Origin: an uncultured Gammaproteobacteria bacterium
Lineage (GTDB): Bacteria; Pseudomonadota; Gammaproteobacteria; Eutrophobiales; Eutrophobiaceae
DNA length: 64,000 nucleotides
Direction: 5' to 3'
NCBI GenBank assembly: GCA_938084745.1
Contig: CALKEZ010000001.1
Location: 1,127-65,126 of the forward strand
The position numbers and the translations under genes were made by a program. The notes below the pieces were generated by a model. That model was not told where the DNA came from. It saw only the letters and a program-made list of their open reading frames with translations, and searched no databases. This document shows, in pieces, positions 21,794 through 31,626 of the stretch (positions within the stretch are counted from its first letter, which is position 1; each line of letters starts with the position of its first letter).

Positions 21794-23134
21794 TTGTTTA
21801 CTCTTGTCCGTTGCGCTGCAACCTTACTTTTAATTTTATCGACTTGTGTTGGCTGCGGTGCTTCAAAGGTCGTGGGCGACTGGCTCGGTGGCAACGAAGA
21901 TAATACCGAACCACCCTCACCCTTGGTTGAAATTGTCACCACTGCAAAGCTGACCAAGTTATGGTCTGCAAATATCGGCAAAGGCACTGATGAATTATTC
22001 ATCAAACTTGCGCCGGTCGTTTTGGGCGATCGAATTTTTATCGCCGATACCCGGGGCGATGTTGCGGCTTTATATGCCGAAACAGGCAAAAAGGTCTGGC
22101 GTATAGACAGCGATTTACCCATCACCGGGGGGCCCGGAGCAGATGAAAATCTGATTTTAGTTGGTTCCAGTGAAGGGGATGTACTGGCTCTGGCTAACAC
22201 GACGGGCGACGAAGTCTGGCGTTCAAAAGTATCTAGCGAAATTCTATCTTCGCCACGAGAAGGTGATGGCGTGGTCGTTGCGAGAACCATCGACGGAAAA
22301 ATCTTCGCACTTGATGCAACAAGTGGAGAACGTCTTTGGGTCTATGACCGAACCGTTCCTACCTTAACGCTGCGTGGAACAAGCACCCCGGTGATTGCAA
22401 ATGGACTGGTTATCGTCGGCTTCGATGGTGGCAGGGTTACTGCGCTTGAATTAAAAACCGGAAAATTAATCTGGGAAACCAAGGTCGCTATTTCAAGCGG
22501 CAGAAGTGAATTGGAAAGAATGGTTGATATTGATTCTCAACCCTTGATCATCGGCGACACCATTTATGTCACTACATTTCAGGCCAATGTCTCAGCCTTA
22601 TCATTAGCAAGTGGACAGGTTCTATGGCAACGCGACATATCGTCGCACTCGGAACTAGCCGCAGACAGAGAAAACCTCTATGTGACCGATCAGGATGGTA
22701 ACGTCTGGGCAATAGATCGCTTTTCAGGCACCTCCGTATGGAAGCAGGACAAACTAACATACCGGAACCTCACCGGACCTACCGTTCTGGAAGATAAGAT
22801 TATTGTCGGCGACTTTGAGGGTTACTTGCACTGGTTAGATAAGGCAACGGGCGATATGGCCGCGCGAGTGGAAGTGGAAAGCGATCCTATACTGACTAAA
22901 CCTATAGTCTCAAATAACATACTCTTCGCCTATTCCAGCGGCGGTAAACTTGCAGCCTATACGTATGTCAATAACGATATAAAAGGTCGACCCAATAAAC
23001 CTGTCGTTAAAGAAGACGTCAAAACGCAGGAAATCACTGAGTCAGAAAAGGAACAACCTGAAAATGATGAAAAAGAAGGATCGTTTTTTGGCCGATTCCT
23101 GAATATATTTTCTGGTGATGACGAAGCAGAATAA
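21794..23134 (+). CDS. bamB: Outer membrane protein assembly factor BamB
   Basis: Lipobox CVGC, PQQ-like beta-propeller repeats, LTLRG and ELERMVDID; extended acidic C-terminal tail. Confidence 0.93.
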   Translation: MFTLVRCAATLLLILSTCVGCGASKVVGDWLGGNEDNTEPPSPLVEIVTTAKLTKLWSANIGKGTDELFIKLAPVVLGDRIFIADTRGDVAALYAETGKKVWRIDSDLPITGGPGADENLILVGSSEGDVLALANTTGDEVWRSKVSSEILSSPREGDGVVVARTIDGKIFALDATSGERLWVYDRTVPTLTLRGTSTPVIANGLVIVGFDGGRVTALELKTGKLIWETKVAISSGRSELERMVDIDSQPLIIGDTIYVTTFQANVSALSLASGQVLWQRDISSHSELAADRENLYVTDQDGNVWAIDRFSGTSVWKQDKLTYRNLTGPTVLEDKIIVGDFEGYLHWLDKATGDMAARVEVESDPILTKPIVSNNILFAYSSGGKLAAYTYVNNDIKGRPNKPVVKEDVKTQEITESEKEQPENDEKEGSFFGRFLNIFSGDDEAE

Positions 23135-23188
23135 CACTTCGTCATTATCATTGATGAATTCATCAACCACACAACACTAGTACACATT

Positions 23189-24586
23189 ATGAAACCTGTC
23201 ATCGCTATCGTTGGTCGACCCAACGTTGGCAAATCTACCTTTTTCAATCGCTTAACATCAAGCCGTGATGCGCTGGTCGCTGATCGTCCGGGTGTTACAC
23301 GCGATCGTCAATATGGCGTTATGCATTATGAAGACCGATCATTTCTGGTCATCGACACGGGTGGGATAGGTGAAGAAGATCATGACAGTCAGGATGTTGC
23401 TAACTTGATGACAGAACAATCCATGTTGGCAGCAAGCGAAGCTGCGGTACTCATCTGGATCGTTGATGGCCGCACTGGACTCACACACGTTGAAGAAGTG
23501 CTGGCAGCAGAGTTTCGAAAATTGGACAAACCCATATTTCTTGCGGTTAATAAAATTGAAGGTTACGACCCCGAACTCACGAAAGCTGAATTTTACCGTT
23601 TGGGTGTGGATTCTATTTGGCCCATTTCTTCCAAGCGCGGTGACGGTGTACCGAGCCTGATAGACGCCGTTACTAAAAAGATTCCGGCAACAAATGAAGA
23701 AGAAGTTGAAGAACTGGAAGGTCTTGCGATTTCTGTTTTAGGTCGGCCCAATGTCGGTAAATCAACCTTGATCAATCGCATGTTGGGCGAAGAACGGGTA
23801 CTGACTTTTGATCATCCCGGCACAACTCGCGACAGCATCAAGATTCCCTTCGAAAAAGACGGTAAAGATTACATCCTGATTGATACGGCGGGCGTACGCA
23901 GAAAAAGTAAAGTACACGACATGGTTGAAAAGTTCAGCATCCTGAAATCATTTGATGCCATTAATGCAGCCAGAATAATTATACTTGTACTCGATGCCAG
24001 CGAAGGTGTAACCGAGCAAGACACCACCCTGTTAGGCATGATCGAAGATAGCGGCAAGTCGCTAATTATTGCTGTTAATAAATGGGATGGCATGGAGACC
24101 TCGGACAAGGAACGCGTAAAGGCCTTGTTGTCACGCAAATTCAGTTTTGTTGATTATGCACAATACCATTTCATCTCGGCACTGCATGGCACTGGCGTTG
24201 GTAATTTATTCAAGACGATAAACAAAATAGAAAAATCACTGGATATCAATGTTTCCACCTCGGACATGACCGACATCCTGGAAGACGCTGTCGCTAAACA
24301 CCCGCCACACATGGTACAAAGTCGACGAATAAAACTACGCTATGCGCACATAGGTGGCACCGATCCAATACGCGTCATTATTCATGGTAATCAAACTGAC
24401 AAAGTACCCGATGCCTACAAACGTTATCTCGCAAGTGTATTTCGTAAACGCTTAAAATTGGTCGGAACAAATGTTCTGGTTGATTTCAAACAAGGCGACA
24501 ATCCCTACAAAGACAAAAAGAATATCTTAACTGCAAGACAAGTTACTAAACGTAAACGTTTAATGAAGTTTGTTAAAAAACGTTAA
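23189..24586 (+). CDS. der: Ribosome biogenesis GTPase Der (EngA)
   Basis: Two GRPNVGKST G1 motifs, DTGG/DTAG and a KH-like C-domain. Confidence 0.98.
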   Translation: MKPVIAIVGRPNVGKSTFFNRLTSSRDALVADRPGVTRDRQYGVMHYEDRSFLVIDTGGIGEEDHDSQDVANLMTEQSMLAASEAAVLIWIVDGRTGLTHVEEVLAAEFRKLDKPIFLAVNKIEGYDPELTKAEFYRLGVDSIWPISSKRGDGVPSLIDAVTKKIPATNEEEVEELEGLAISVLGRPNVGKSTLINRMLGEERVLTFDHPGTTRDSIKIPFEKDGKDYILIDTAGVRRKSKVHDMVEKFSILKSFDAINAARIIILVLDASEGVTEQDTTLLGMIEDSGKSLIIAVNKWDGMETSDKERVKALLSRKFSFVDYAQYHFISALHGTGVGNLFKTINKIEKSLDINVSTSDMTDILEDAVAKHPPHMVQSRRIKLRYAHIGGTDPIRVIIHGNQTDKVPDAYKRYLASVFRKRLKLVGTNVLVDFKQGDNPYKDKKNILTARQVTKRKRLMKFVKKR

Positions 24587-24900
24587 GTCTTATCTAATAA
24601 CCTAAAACACTTTTAAGTGTTATGTCAGGCTACCGGCCATAAGCGGATATAGCAAATATCGATTGATATCAACGTCACTTAACATAAAAGGATGGGTGCT
24701 GAAATCTTCTTCCCTATTTAAATTGGGTAGGTTTTATGACTGCCCTTTTAATCAAGCTTAGTTCGATCAAAGCTAAAATGGGTAGATATCATCTACAAAG
24801 CTATTTATACTGAAATCGTTTTTTGAATTGCACATAGCGACCTCTGTCTATCAGACACCTGGTCTCTGCCGATATATCATCACATAACGGTATAACGATA

Positions 24901-25458
24901 ATGAAAAACGAAGGTCTCAATCGTCGGCAATTTTTATGTCATAGTGGCAAAGCCCTTGCGGGTGTTGTCGTTGCCTCTTCCGGTGTCGTATCCCTTGTCT
25001 TCCCTGCCACAGGCTGGTCTGCTCCGCTTGCTGTTCTCGATGAACATGAAAGTAAAACGCTGCTACACATGACGCGATTGTTATATCCGCATGATGCTGT
25101 CGAAGATAAATTTTATGCTGTTGTTGTTAAAGCACTGGATACTGACGCCAGTACGGCTGAAGACAAAGCACAACAACTCAAAGAGGGCGTAAAAAATCTG
25201 GACAAACTGGCCAATGGTAACTGGAGAGAACTCTCTACGGATAAGCGCAACACCATGCTGAAGAACATCGAAGGCACTGCATTTTTTGAACAAGTCCGCT
25301 CGAAATGCATTACCGGGATTTATAATAATAAAGAATTGTGGCCACACTTCGGCTATGAAGGCGCTTCTGCCAAACATGGTGGTTATATCAATCGTGGTTT
25401 TAACGATCTGGATTGGTTACCTGAGCCACCGGAAGAGGCCAGTCCCAAAGCACGTTAA
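24901..25458 (+). CDS. Tat-signal protein, gluconate 2-dehydrogenase subunit 3-like (small subunit of GMC dehydrogenase)
   Basis: NRRQFL twin-arginine motif, h-region and WSA cleavage site; C-terminal 'W..FGYEG...GGY..RGFNDLDWL'. Confidence 0.8.
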   Translation: MKNEGLNRRQFLCHSGKALAGVVVASSGVVSLVFPATGWSAPLAVLDEHESKTLLHMTRLLYPHDAVEDKFYAVVVKALDTDASTAEDKAQQLKEGVKNLDKLANGNWRELSTDKRNTMLKNIEGTAFFEQVRSKCITGIYNNKELWPHFGYEGASAKHGGYINRGFNDLDWLPEPPEEASPKAR

Positions 25459-25477
25459 AAAATAACGGAGAATTCTC

Positions 25478-27046
25478 TTGGCGAACATTGATTTTAACGA
25501 TAACACTGCGGTTGTCATTATAGGTTCAGGTGCCGGTGGCGGTACGCTGGCAAATGAGCTTTGCCAGAAAGGTATTAAGGTTGTGCTGCTTGAAGCCGGT
25601 AAACACTTGAGCATCGCTGATTTCGTCAATGACGAGTGGCCTTCCTTTAGTCAACTGGCCTGGCTGGATAAACGTACGACATCCGGTAATTGGCGAGTCG
25701 CCAAAGACTTCCCAAACCTGCCAGCATGGATCTGTAAAACCGTCGGCGGTACTACGACGCATTGGGCCGGTGCAAGCCTGCGCATTCAGGATCATGAATT
25801 CAGAGCAGAGACACATTATGGAAAAATAGACGGCGCTAACCTGATTGACTGGCCTATAACGTTAAACGATCTTGAGCCTTACTATGCCAGAGCCGAAGAT
25901 AAGATGGGCGTTACACGCACGAACGGCATTCCCGGTCTGCCCGGCAATAATAATTTCAAGGTCATGTATGCCGGTGCGAAAAAGCTGGGCTATAAAGAAG
26001 TACATACCGGTCGTATGGCGATTAACAGTCGCCCCCGAGACGGTCGCGCAGCCTGCCAACAAATCGGGTTCTGTTTTCAAGGTTGTAAATCCGGTGCCAA
26101 ATGGTCAACGCTATATACCGAGATCCCGGCAGCAGAAGCCACAGGCCAACTTGATTTACGTTCTGAATCCCATGTTTTACAAATCAAACACGATGCTACT
26201 GGAAAAGTCAGCGGCGTTTTATACGCAGATAAAGATGGTGCGCAGCATTTGCAGCAGGCTCGCATTGTTTGCGTCGCCGGTAATTCAATAGAATCACCTC
26301 GCTTATTACTAAACTCGGCAAGCTCCTTATATCCCGATGGTCTTGCTAATTCGTCAGGACAGGTCGGCAGAAATTATATGCGACACACTACCGGTTCGGT
26401 TTATGCGACGTTTGAAAAACCGGTACACATGTATCGTGGCACGACCATGGCAGGCATTATTGCTGATGAGAATCGACACGACACCCGTCGCGGTTTTGCC
26501 GGCGGTTATGAAATGGAAACTTTATCTTTGGGTCTACCGTTCATGGCAGCGTTTCTTGATCCCGGATCATCCGGTAAAAAGTTTAGTGATGCATTGGAAG
26601 ATTATGCACACATGGCGGGGATGTGGATCGTCGGTGAAGACATGCCACAGGAAAATAATCGCGTCACCTTACACGCGACTGAAAAAGATCAGCATGGCCA
26701 ACCCGTGCCTAACGTTCACTTTGATGATCATAAGAACGATATCGCCATGCGTAATCATGCTTATCAACAAGGCAAGTTAGTCTATGAAGCAGCAGGGGCG
26801 AAAACGGTTCTGGAAACACCGCCGTATCCTTCAACGCATAATCTCGGCACAAACCGCATGAGTGCAAAAGCTGGCGACGGTGTCTGCAACGGTTTTGGAC
26901 AAACACATGATATTAAAAATTTATTTATTTCTGACGGCAGTCAGTTCACAACGGGTGCTGCTGAAAATCCAACCTTAACGATTGTGACGCTTGCTATTCG
27001 CCAGGCGGATTACATCGCAGCGGAAATGAATAATAAAAATATCTAG
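25478..27046 (+). CDS. GMC family oxidoreductase flavoprotein
   Basis: GSGAGG FAD-binding motif, VGGTTTHW, CQQIGFCFQGC Cys cluster, THNLGT (catalytic His) and NPTLT; TTG start with GGAG RBS. Confidence 0.92.
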   Translation: MANIDFNDNTAVVIIGSGAGGGTLANELCQKGIKVVLLEAGKHLSIADFVNDEWPSFSQLAWLDKRTTSGNWRVAKDFPNLPAWICKTVGGTTTHWAGASLRIQDHEFRAETHYGKIDGANLIDWPITLNDLEPYYARAEDKMGVTRTNGIPGLPGNNNFKVMYAGAKKLGYKEVHTGRMAINSRPRDGRAACQQIGFCFQGCKSGAKWSTLYTEIPAAEATGQLDLRSESHVLQIKHDATGKVSGVLYADKDGAQHLQQARIVCVAGNSIESPRLLLNSASSLYPDGLANSSGQVGRNYMRHTTGSVYATFEKPVHMYRGTTMAGIIADENRHDTRRGFAGGYEMETLSLGLPFMAAFLDPGSSGKKFSDALEDYAHMAGMWIVGEDMPQENNRVTLHATEKDQHGQPVPNVHFDDHKNDIAMRNHAYQQGKLVYEAAGAKTVLETPPYPSTHNLGTNRMSAKAGDGVCNGFGQTHDIKNLFISDGSQFTTGAAENPTLTIVTLAIRQADYIAAEMNNKNI

Positions 27047-27071
27047 CCGGTGCTGAGTACAACTTTATAAC

Positions 27072-28238
27072 TCAGTATTGCAACTGGATACCAAACGTCA
27101 CCTTATCTACATCCCTGCCGGCATAACCACTGGCATTGGTATCGCCACTGACATAGCTCAGGTTCAATTTGGCCATATGACCTGAAATAACATAGTTCGT
27201 GCCAATCTCGAAAGAATCACTTGAAGTTGCTGCAGTGGGATTATTTTCAACATAGCGAAGATATGGCTGGAACTTACCGACACCAATAACCTTGGGGTAT
27301 AAATAACTTAGCGTGGCAAAAACGGAATTGCCATCGAACAAACAAAAGCAATCGGCTAAGCCAGCTGCCGGCGGTGATGCGGCACTGTAGTCCGAATCAA
27401 AATCTTTATACTCTGCTTCGATAGTAACGACACCAATATCCGGAAGTACCGTTTCGGATAATAGATCAATCGAATAACCAAAGTAGTCACCTTGCTCAAC
27501 AGCACTGCCGCTTCCGCCATCCTGATTTTGTAATGTGAGCGCAACTGTAAAAAGATTACCTTGCTCGCCAAAGTAAGTAGAGCTGGTGTAATAGCCAAAG
27601 TTGGATTCTACATTGAGAAAATTGTAGGTTAATCGTGCGGCATAAAGTTTATCGTTGGATTGATTGCTGAAACCTTTCAAACCATCAACGATTCCAAGTG
27701 CATAATGAAACTTACCCGTCGTGCCCCAGAACACTCCGCCTTCGCCACGTCCGAGACTACCGGCAGCACCACCGAGCTCCGTTGGAAATAGCGGCTGACG
27801 ATATTGGATCCAGTTCATACCATAGAAAGGACCACTCATGCCGATACGATTACCGGGGACCACCAGACGCCCTAACCAAAGATTAAAGCCGGGGTGTAAT
27901 TCAAAACGAACCATGGCATCGATAAGTTCGGTAGAGTCATGATTTTGCTTGTCGGTGTTGATACTGAACTTCAGGTATTTATGTAGCTGCGCAGCGATAT
28001 AAACACGAATACTGTCGAAAGACACCTCAGAATTATTATCGAGATCACTCTTTCTGGAATCGAGTTGCATGCGGGCACCGCCGCCAATACTCAACCAAAC
28101 GGTATCACTGTGTTCAAATTTAACGCCGGCTGAGACTGATGCGGAGGTGAAAAAAATAATACTTAAAAGAAAAAGACCAAGTGTGCTGCGAACACACGCA
28201 CGGCAATCGCGCGACTGCTGCTCTTTGTTCATGATCAT
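27072..28238 (-). CDS. Outer-membrane beta-barrel porin (OprO/OprP-like)
   Basis: Signal peptide (VSA|G), alternating amphipathic beta strands, YAARL motif and terminal beta-signal FGIQLQY; exact start uncertain. Confidence 0.8.
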   Translation of the reverse strand: MIMNKEQQSRDCRACVRSTLGLFLLSIIFFTSASVSAGVKFEHSDTVWLSIGGGARMQLDSRKSDLDNNSEVSFDSIRVYIAAQLHKYLKFSINTDKQNHDSTELIDAMVRFELHPGFNLWLGRLVVPGNRIGMSGPFYGMNWIQYRQPLFPTELGGAAGSLGRGEGGVFWGTTGKFHYALGIVDGLKGFSNQSNDKLYAARLTYNFLNVESNFGYYTSSTYFGEQGNLFTVALTLQNQDGGSGSAVEQGDYFGYSIDLLSETVLPDIGVVTIEAEYKDFDSDYSAASPPAAGLADCFCLFDGNSVFATLSYLYPKVIGVGKFQPYLRYVENNPTAATSSDSFEIGTNYVISGHMAKLNLSYVSGDTNASGYAGRDVDKVTFGIQLQY

Positions 28239-28464
28239 GCCCCTTTTTATTATTACTTATTTTTATTGCACGTCTTGAGTAACAAATAGAGCATCCAGCA
28301 TTATCGTTTATCTGTAAAAGATAACGTCAGCTACGCAAAGTTACTGATTTTCCATCGCCGTGATTACTGCTTAACAGTAACCAACGTCACCACAATCTGA
28401 GAACAAAGTAACAGGTTTAATACAGTTATGTACTAAGCCGTCAAATCAATACAAAACCTGACAG

Positions 28465-29517
28465 CTAAAGCTGGTTATACAAACCTCTTAAGGTATCGAG
28501 TATGAGCTTGGCGTCTTCCCCTGTTTCCCATTCACCGTCTTTACTCATCACAATCGCTTCGGTTTTATCGCCGACACCGGTGAGACTTAATTGATAAGCT
28601 TTACCCTCATCTTCGTCATCACCCCAGAACTTCAATTTTGATAAAAGTCCCTTTTCTTCTTGCGCGCCTTTGGGCTTGAAGTAGCGAAAATCATAAATGC
28701 CTTTTTCCTGATCACTTGCTTCGATGACATACTCAGCGCGTTCCAGAATCATTTTTGCTTCGCGCCATGCGCGGGTAAATTCCTGTGGAATAGCCAAATA
28801 GCTTTTGCCATCACCAACATCAAGGACTTCTGCCTTCAGTTTTGCCGGTGCAGGTATGGCTGCGGTGGTTGTTGCTGCTGAGCTACTTGCCGTACTTGTG
28901 GCGTTAGTCACTTCCGTTCCATAAAAATGCAGGTTTAATTTACGAATAACATCCTTTTCCAGATTCGTATCGGCTAATGTTTCCAGCCATTCTCCTTCAG
29001 ACAGATCTTCTTTTTCGCTCGACATAAATAACATCGTGCCACCGGACTCATCGGGCTCGGTAAAAATCTTGAATTTGTATCTACTGCCATCTTCTTCTTT
29101 CCAGGCTGTTTCAAGCACACCTAACTCGGCATCATCTAGGTCGATTTTATAGCCCTTCTCTAGCCAGAACTCGCGTAACTTAGGCCAGATGTCAAACGCC
29201 GAACCTCTTAAGGCCAACCATTGCTCGCCATCAACCTCACCTGAACCAAGGACAGAACCCTGACGTTTGCTAATGGAGCGTTGTCTTTCAAACTCACTCA
29301 ACGAAGTCGATTCTTCGCCCGGAATATCGGCCGAATATTCGCCTTCCGTTACAGTCAAATCGGGCGGCACTTCCAGTTGTGGCATGCCTCTGCTTTTTTG
29401 ATAGGCATTACGTTTGTCGGGCAAGACCTTATCCAGGTCGCCTAGACCGGGAATATTTGAACAACCATAAATAGCAAGAAAACTAAGTATTAATCCGAGA
29501 TTGCGTAAAATCGTCAT
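28465..29517 (-). CDS. bamC: Outer membrane assembly lipoprotein BamC (NlpB/DapX)
   Basis: Lipobox IYGC, LEVPPDL motif; directly downstream of dapA. Confidence 0.88.
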   Translation of the reverse strand: MTILRNLGLILSFLAIYGCSNIPGLGDLDKVLPDKRNAYQKSRGMPQLEVPPDLTVTEGEYSADIPGEESTSLSEFERQRSISKRQGSVLGSGEVDGEQWLALRGSAFDIWPKLREFWLEKGYKIDLDDAELGVLETAWKEEDGSRYKFKIFTEPDESGGTMLFMSSEKEDLSEGEWLETLADTNLEKDVIRKLNLHFYGTEVTNATSTASSSAATTTAAIPAPAKLKAEVLDVGDGKSYLAIPQEFTRAWREAKMILERAEYVIEASDQEKGIYDFRYFKPKGAQEEKGLLSKLKFWGDDEDEGKAYQLSLTGVGDKTEAIVMSKDGEWETGEDAKLILDTLRGLYNQL

Positions 29518-29523
29518 GTGAAA

Positions 29524-30414
29524 TTATATAACTCCTGCCTGTTTCATGGCGTCTAGTAATTGGGGTTCCGCTGATTCCGACATCCAGGTCATAGGCAGTC
29601 TAATACCAGCCTGGATAAGACCCATTTTATGCAAGGCCCATTTCACTGGTATTGGATTTGATTCAATAAATAATGTCTTATGCAGACCAACTAGTGTTTC
29701 ATCTATTTTGCTGGCACCTGCTGCGTCGCCTTTGAGTGCCAACATACACATTTCATGCATTGCTCGCGGAGCCACATTTGCCGTTACCGAGATTACCCCA
29801 TCTCCACCTTGAAGGATAAAATCTTTGGTCGTCTCATCGTCACCGGTTAAAAGTAGAAAATCAGCGCCGGTACCCTCGCGTATTTTCTTTATCCGGGTCA
29901 GATCACCCGTGGCTTCCTTAACACCAATGATGTTTTCTACAGAGGACAGACGGATGATTGTTTCCGGCAACATATCACAAGCAGTTCTACCTGGCACATT
30001 ATACAGTATTTGCGCTATATCTACGGCTTCAGCAACAGCCTTGTGGTGCAGGTACAATCCTTCCTGAGTAGGCTTGTTATAGTAAGGTGTTACCAGTAAA
30101 CAGGCATCCGCTCCCGCTTTTTTAGCACATGCAGTCAGGGATATGGCTTCAATGGTTGAGTTTGCACCAGTGCCGGCGATAACCGGCAAGCGTCCCCCAA
30201 CAATCTCGACAACCTGTTTAATCACAGCGCAGTGCTCTTTTTCAGTCAGGGTGGCGGATTCACCCGTCGTACCAACGGCTACAATCGCGTCAGTACCCTG
30301 CGCTATATGAAATTCGAGCAAGTTCTCCAATGCAGGAGTATCAAACTCTGTGTCTGGACGCACCCCGGCTTGCATCGGGGTGACTATGGCAACCATACTT
30401 CCGGTAAACAACAT
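29524..30414 (-). CDS. dapA: 4-hydroxy-tetrahydrodipicolinate synthase
   Basis: GTTGES, YNVPGRT, GVKEATG and NPIPVK. Confidence 0.98.
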   Translation of the reverse strand: MLFTGSMVAIVTPMQAGVRPDTEFDTPALENLLEFHIAQGTDAIVAVGTTGESATLTEKEHCAVIKQVVEIVGGRLPVIAGTGANSTIEAISLTACAKKAGADACLLVTPYYNKPTQEGLYLHHKAVAEAVDIAQILYNVPGRTACDMLPETIIRLSSVENIIGVKEATGDLTRIKKIREGTGADFLLLTGDDETTKDFILQGGDGVISVTANVAPRAMHEMCMLALKGDAAGASKIDETLVGLHKTLFIESNPIPVKWALHKMGLIQAGIRLPMTWMSESAEPQLLDAMKQAGVI

Positions 30415-30584
30415 ATGAATAGTTAATTATGAGTAATTGACAAAAACGTGTATGGTACTTAATGATGCAACCCTATGACAAGGACATTGGCCTTTATATA
30501 ATATTCATTGCAGTTCAATAATGACAATGGTACTAATATCAGACCCTTTATACCGTAATTACCTAAATACATCCCAAGTATAAG

Positions 30585-31112
30585 ATGCAAAATAATCTTG
30601 TAGTCAGCGCGTTGGTAGAAAATTCCAGCGAAATCATACGTAAATTTTCCAAATTGTCTAAATCCAGCGGTTGTAATATCGTTGATAGTCGCTTTAAGGT
30701 CTTGGGGCAGGAGCTTTCCTTGATGCTATTCCTGTCGGGAACCTGGGATGCGATAGCCAAGATTGAAGACATGCTCGGCGTTCTCGCTCGGGAGCACGAT
30801 ATCAAGATAATGACAAAACGGACCACGGTCGACAAATTACAAGGCGATGCGATGCCTTATGCGGTTGATGTTGTCGGTCTTGATCAATCCGGAGTAATTT
30901 TTGATATAACTGACTTCATGTCGACCAACAATTTGCTGATTCAGGAATTGGCGTCAAATACCTATCATGCCTCCTTGACCGGGGCGAAGATGTTTTCCTT
31001 GCATATGATGGTCAATATCCCGTCGGACACATCGATTGCTTCTGTTCGTGGCGATTTCATCGAGTTTTGCGATCGTCTTAATCTGGACGCAATAATGGAA
31101 CCGGTAAAATAA
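30585..31112 (+). CDS. gcvR: Glycine cleavage system regulator GcvR (ACT domains)
   Basis: GCNIVDSR, SGTWDAIAKIE and FCDRLNLDA; divergent from dapA. Confidence 0.9.
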   Translation: MQNNLVVSALVENSSEIIRKFSKLSKSSGCNIVDSRFKVLGQELSLMLFLSGTWDAIAKIEDMLGVLAREHDIKIMTKRTTVDKLQGDAMPYAVDVVGLDQSGVIFDITDFMSTNNLLIQELASNTYHASLTGAKMFSLHMMVNIPSDTSIASVRGDFIEFCDRLNLDAIMEPVK

Positions 31113-31139
31113 ACAATGTGAGCAACGCGAAGAATAACT

Positions 31140-31607
31140 ATGAGTAAAGTCAGTATTGGGAAAAAAGTTCCCGCATTCAGTCTGCCGGCCACCGGTGATC
31201 AAACCATCAAACTATCAGCCCTAAAAGGTAAAAATATTGTTTTATATTTTTACCCTAAAGACAGCACTCCGGGCTGCACGCTGGAAGGTCAGGATTTTCG
31301 GGATAACATCCGCAAGTTCAGTTCCCGGAATACTATCATTCTGGGCGTCTCCAGAGACAAATTAACCTCACACGAAAAATTCAAAGAGAAGCAATGCTTC
31401 CCGTTTGACTTACTCTCGGATGAAGACGAAACGCTTTGCAATTTATTTGATGTGATTAAAGAAAAAAATATGTACGGCAAAAAAGTCATAGGCATTGAAC
31501 GCTCAACCTTCCTGATTGATGAAAAGGGAGTATTGCGAAAAGAATGGAGAAAGGTGAAAGTGAAAGGACATGTCGACGAAGTCCTTGAAGCCTTAAAAAC
31601 TCTTTAA
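31140..31607 (+). CDS. bcp: Peroxiredoxin Bcp/PrxQ
   Basis: YFYPKDSTPGCT peroxidatic motif and GIERSTF. Confidence 0.95.
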   Translation: MSKVSIGKKVPAFSLPATGDQTIKLSALKGKNIVLYFYPKDSTPGCTLEGQDFRDNIRKFSSRNTIILGVSRDKLTSHEKFKEKQCFPFDLLSDEDETLCNLFDVIKEKNMYGKKVIGIERSTFLIDEKGVLRKEWRKVKVKGHVDEVLEALKTL

Positions 31608-31626
31608 CAATAATTTTAATCTCACT

